64,000 bases of DNA. Source: Acidobacteriota bacterium (GTDB taxonomy: Bacteria; Acidobacteriota; UBA6911; RPQK01; JADFOI01). Location: the NCBI GenBank assembly GCA_963663035.1, contig OY760074.1, forward strand, positions 2,784,001-2,848,000, in the 5' to 3' direction. The notes beneath the pieces are model-generated. The model was given only the letters and a program-made list of their open reading frames with translations. It ran no database searches and was not told where the DNA came from. The position numbers and the translations under genes were made by a program. Positions 63,430 through 64,000 of this stretch are shown here, piece by piece (the first letter of the stretch is position 1; every line of letters begins with the position of its first letter).

Positions 63430-63666
63430 GTGGAGAAGCCAATAGCACTTGAAATTGTCTACTGCGACGATTGAAACTACACACCAAGAGCCGCCTGGAT
63501 GGCGCTAGAACTGCTCAGTCATTATCGGAAAGACCTCTCGGAACTGAAGCTCGTTCCCTCCGGGGGAGGCCGCTTTGAAGTCAGCATTAACGGAAAGCTT
63601 ATTTTTTCCAAGCTGGATCAGGGTCGCTTCCCGGAGGTTAAGGAACTCAGAGGACTCATCGAGTAG
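63430..63666 (+). CDS. SelT/SelW/SelH (Rdx) family selenoprotein, CxxU
   Basis: AAAGGAG RBS, GTG start; MEKPIALEIVYCDD(TGA)NYTPRAAWMALELL...LVPSGGGRFEVSINGKLIFSK...RFPE. Confidence 0.88.
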
Positions 63667-63678
63667 GAGTTTACAGGG

Positions 63679-63984
63679 TTAGATTTGCTGCGCCTGCAAA
63701 TTGAATCGCAGCCGTTTCCGAATGGCGTTGGAATCGACATCAGCCAATTTACACCAGTAAGGGAAACCCTCATCATCACTGCTAATCCACTCAATGGCCT
63801 TCCGCTTGAGCAGGCGGTAGTCTTCTCTGGAGGTTTCCTTGACGCTGAAAAGATCAAGAACGGCTTCGTGCCAGGCTTGGCGCAATATGGCCACAGCCAG
63901 ATTTTTCTCTGACCGGAAATCCAACTGATTACTTGCCCGATCGGTTCTCGGGGATAGCCTCCTCAAACGCACGGGCGGTATCAT
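63679..63984 (-). CDS. Hypothetical protein
   Basis: 101-aa ORF (LAVAILRQAW.D...AIEWI...F.YWC). Confidence 0.55.
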   Translation of the reverse strand: MIPPVRLRRLSPRTDRASNQLDFRSEKNLAVAILRQAWHEAVLDLFSVKETSREDYRLLKRKAIEWISSDDEGFPYWCKLADVDSNAIRKRLRFNLQAQQI

Positions 63985-64000
63985 AGCATAAGTGGAGGCC

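Overview
This window is mostly a decaying accessory region (~1-53 kb) followed by a more housekeeping-like block (~53-64 kb). The source is probably an Acidobacteriota genome, possibly host- or sponge-associated; this is an inference from the Sel1-repeat proteins, the Calx-beta autotransporter, an Acidobacteria-type coiled-coil gene and the heavy IS load. The left end carries the 3' end of a type 1 BREX locus (pglZ, brxL with an internal duplication). Next come secreted and surface genes (Excalibur + HNH nuclease, two Sel1 paralogs, a large Calx-beta autotransporter, an OM beta-barrel), relics of integrated plasmids (two RepA_C replicons with iterons and DnaA boxes, parAB), four TA loci (RelE-like remnant, VapBC, HicAB, BrnTA), a truncated type ISP R-M enzyme, and many IS3, IS5, IS6, IS481, IS1182 and IS1380 copies or fragments. 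The right end has FGE, YHS, anti-sigma, msrPQ, an M48 peptidase, tRNA-Asp and a beta-CASP hydrolase. The main signals not in the ORF track are: (i) four 28-bp 11-6-11 tyrosine-recombinase-like (dif/lox-like) sites sharing the core AGGAC(A/G), three with near-symmetric arms, that bracket cargo blocks including BrnTA; (ii) a CxxU SelW/Rdx selenoprotein at 63430-63666; (iii) two MITE families (IS6-like and IS1380-like); (iv) many genes broken by single in-frame TAG codons. All calls are from reading the sequence by eye; no searches were run.
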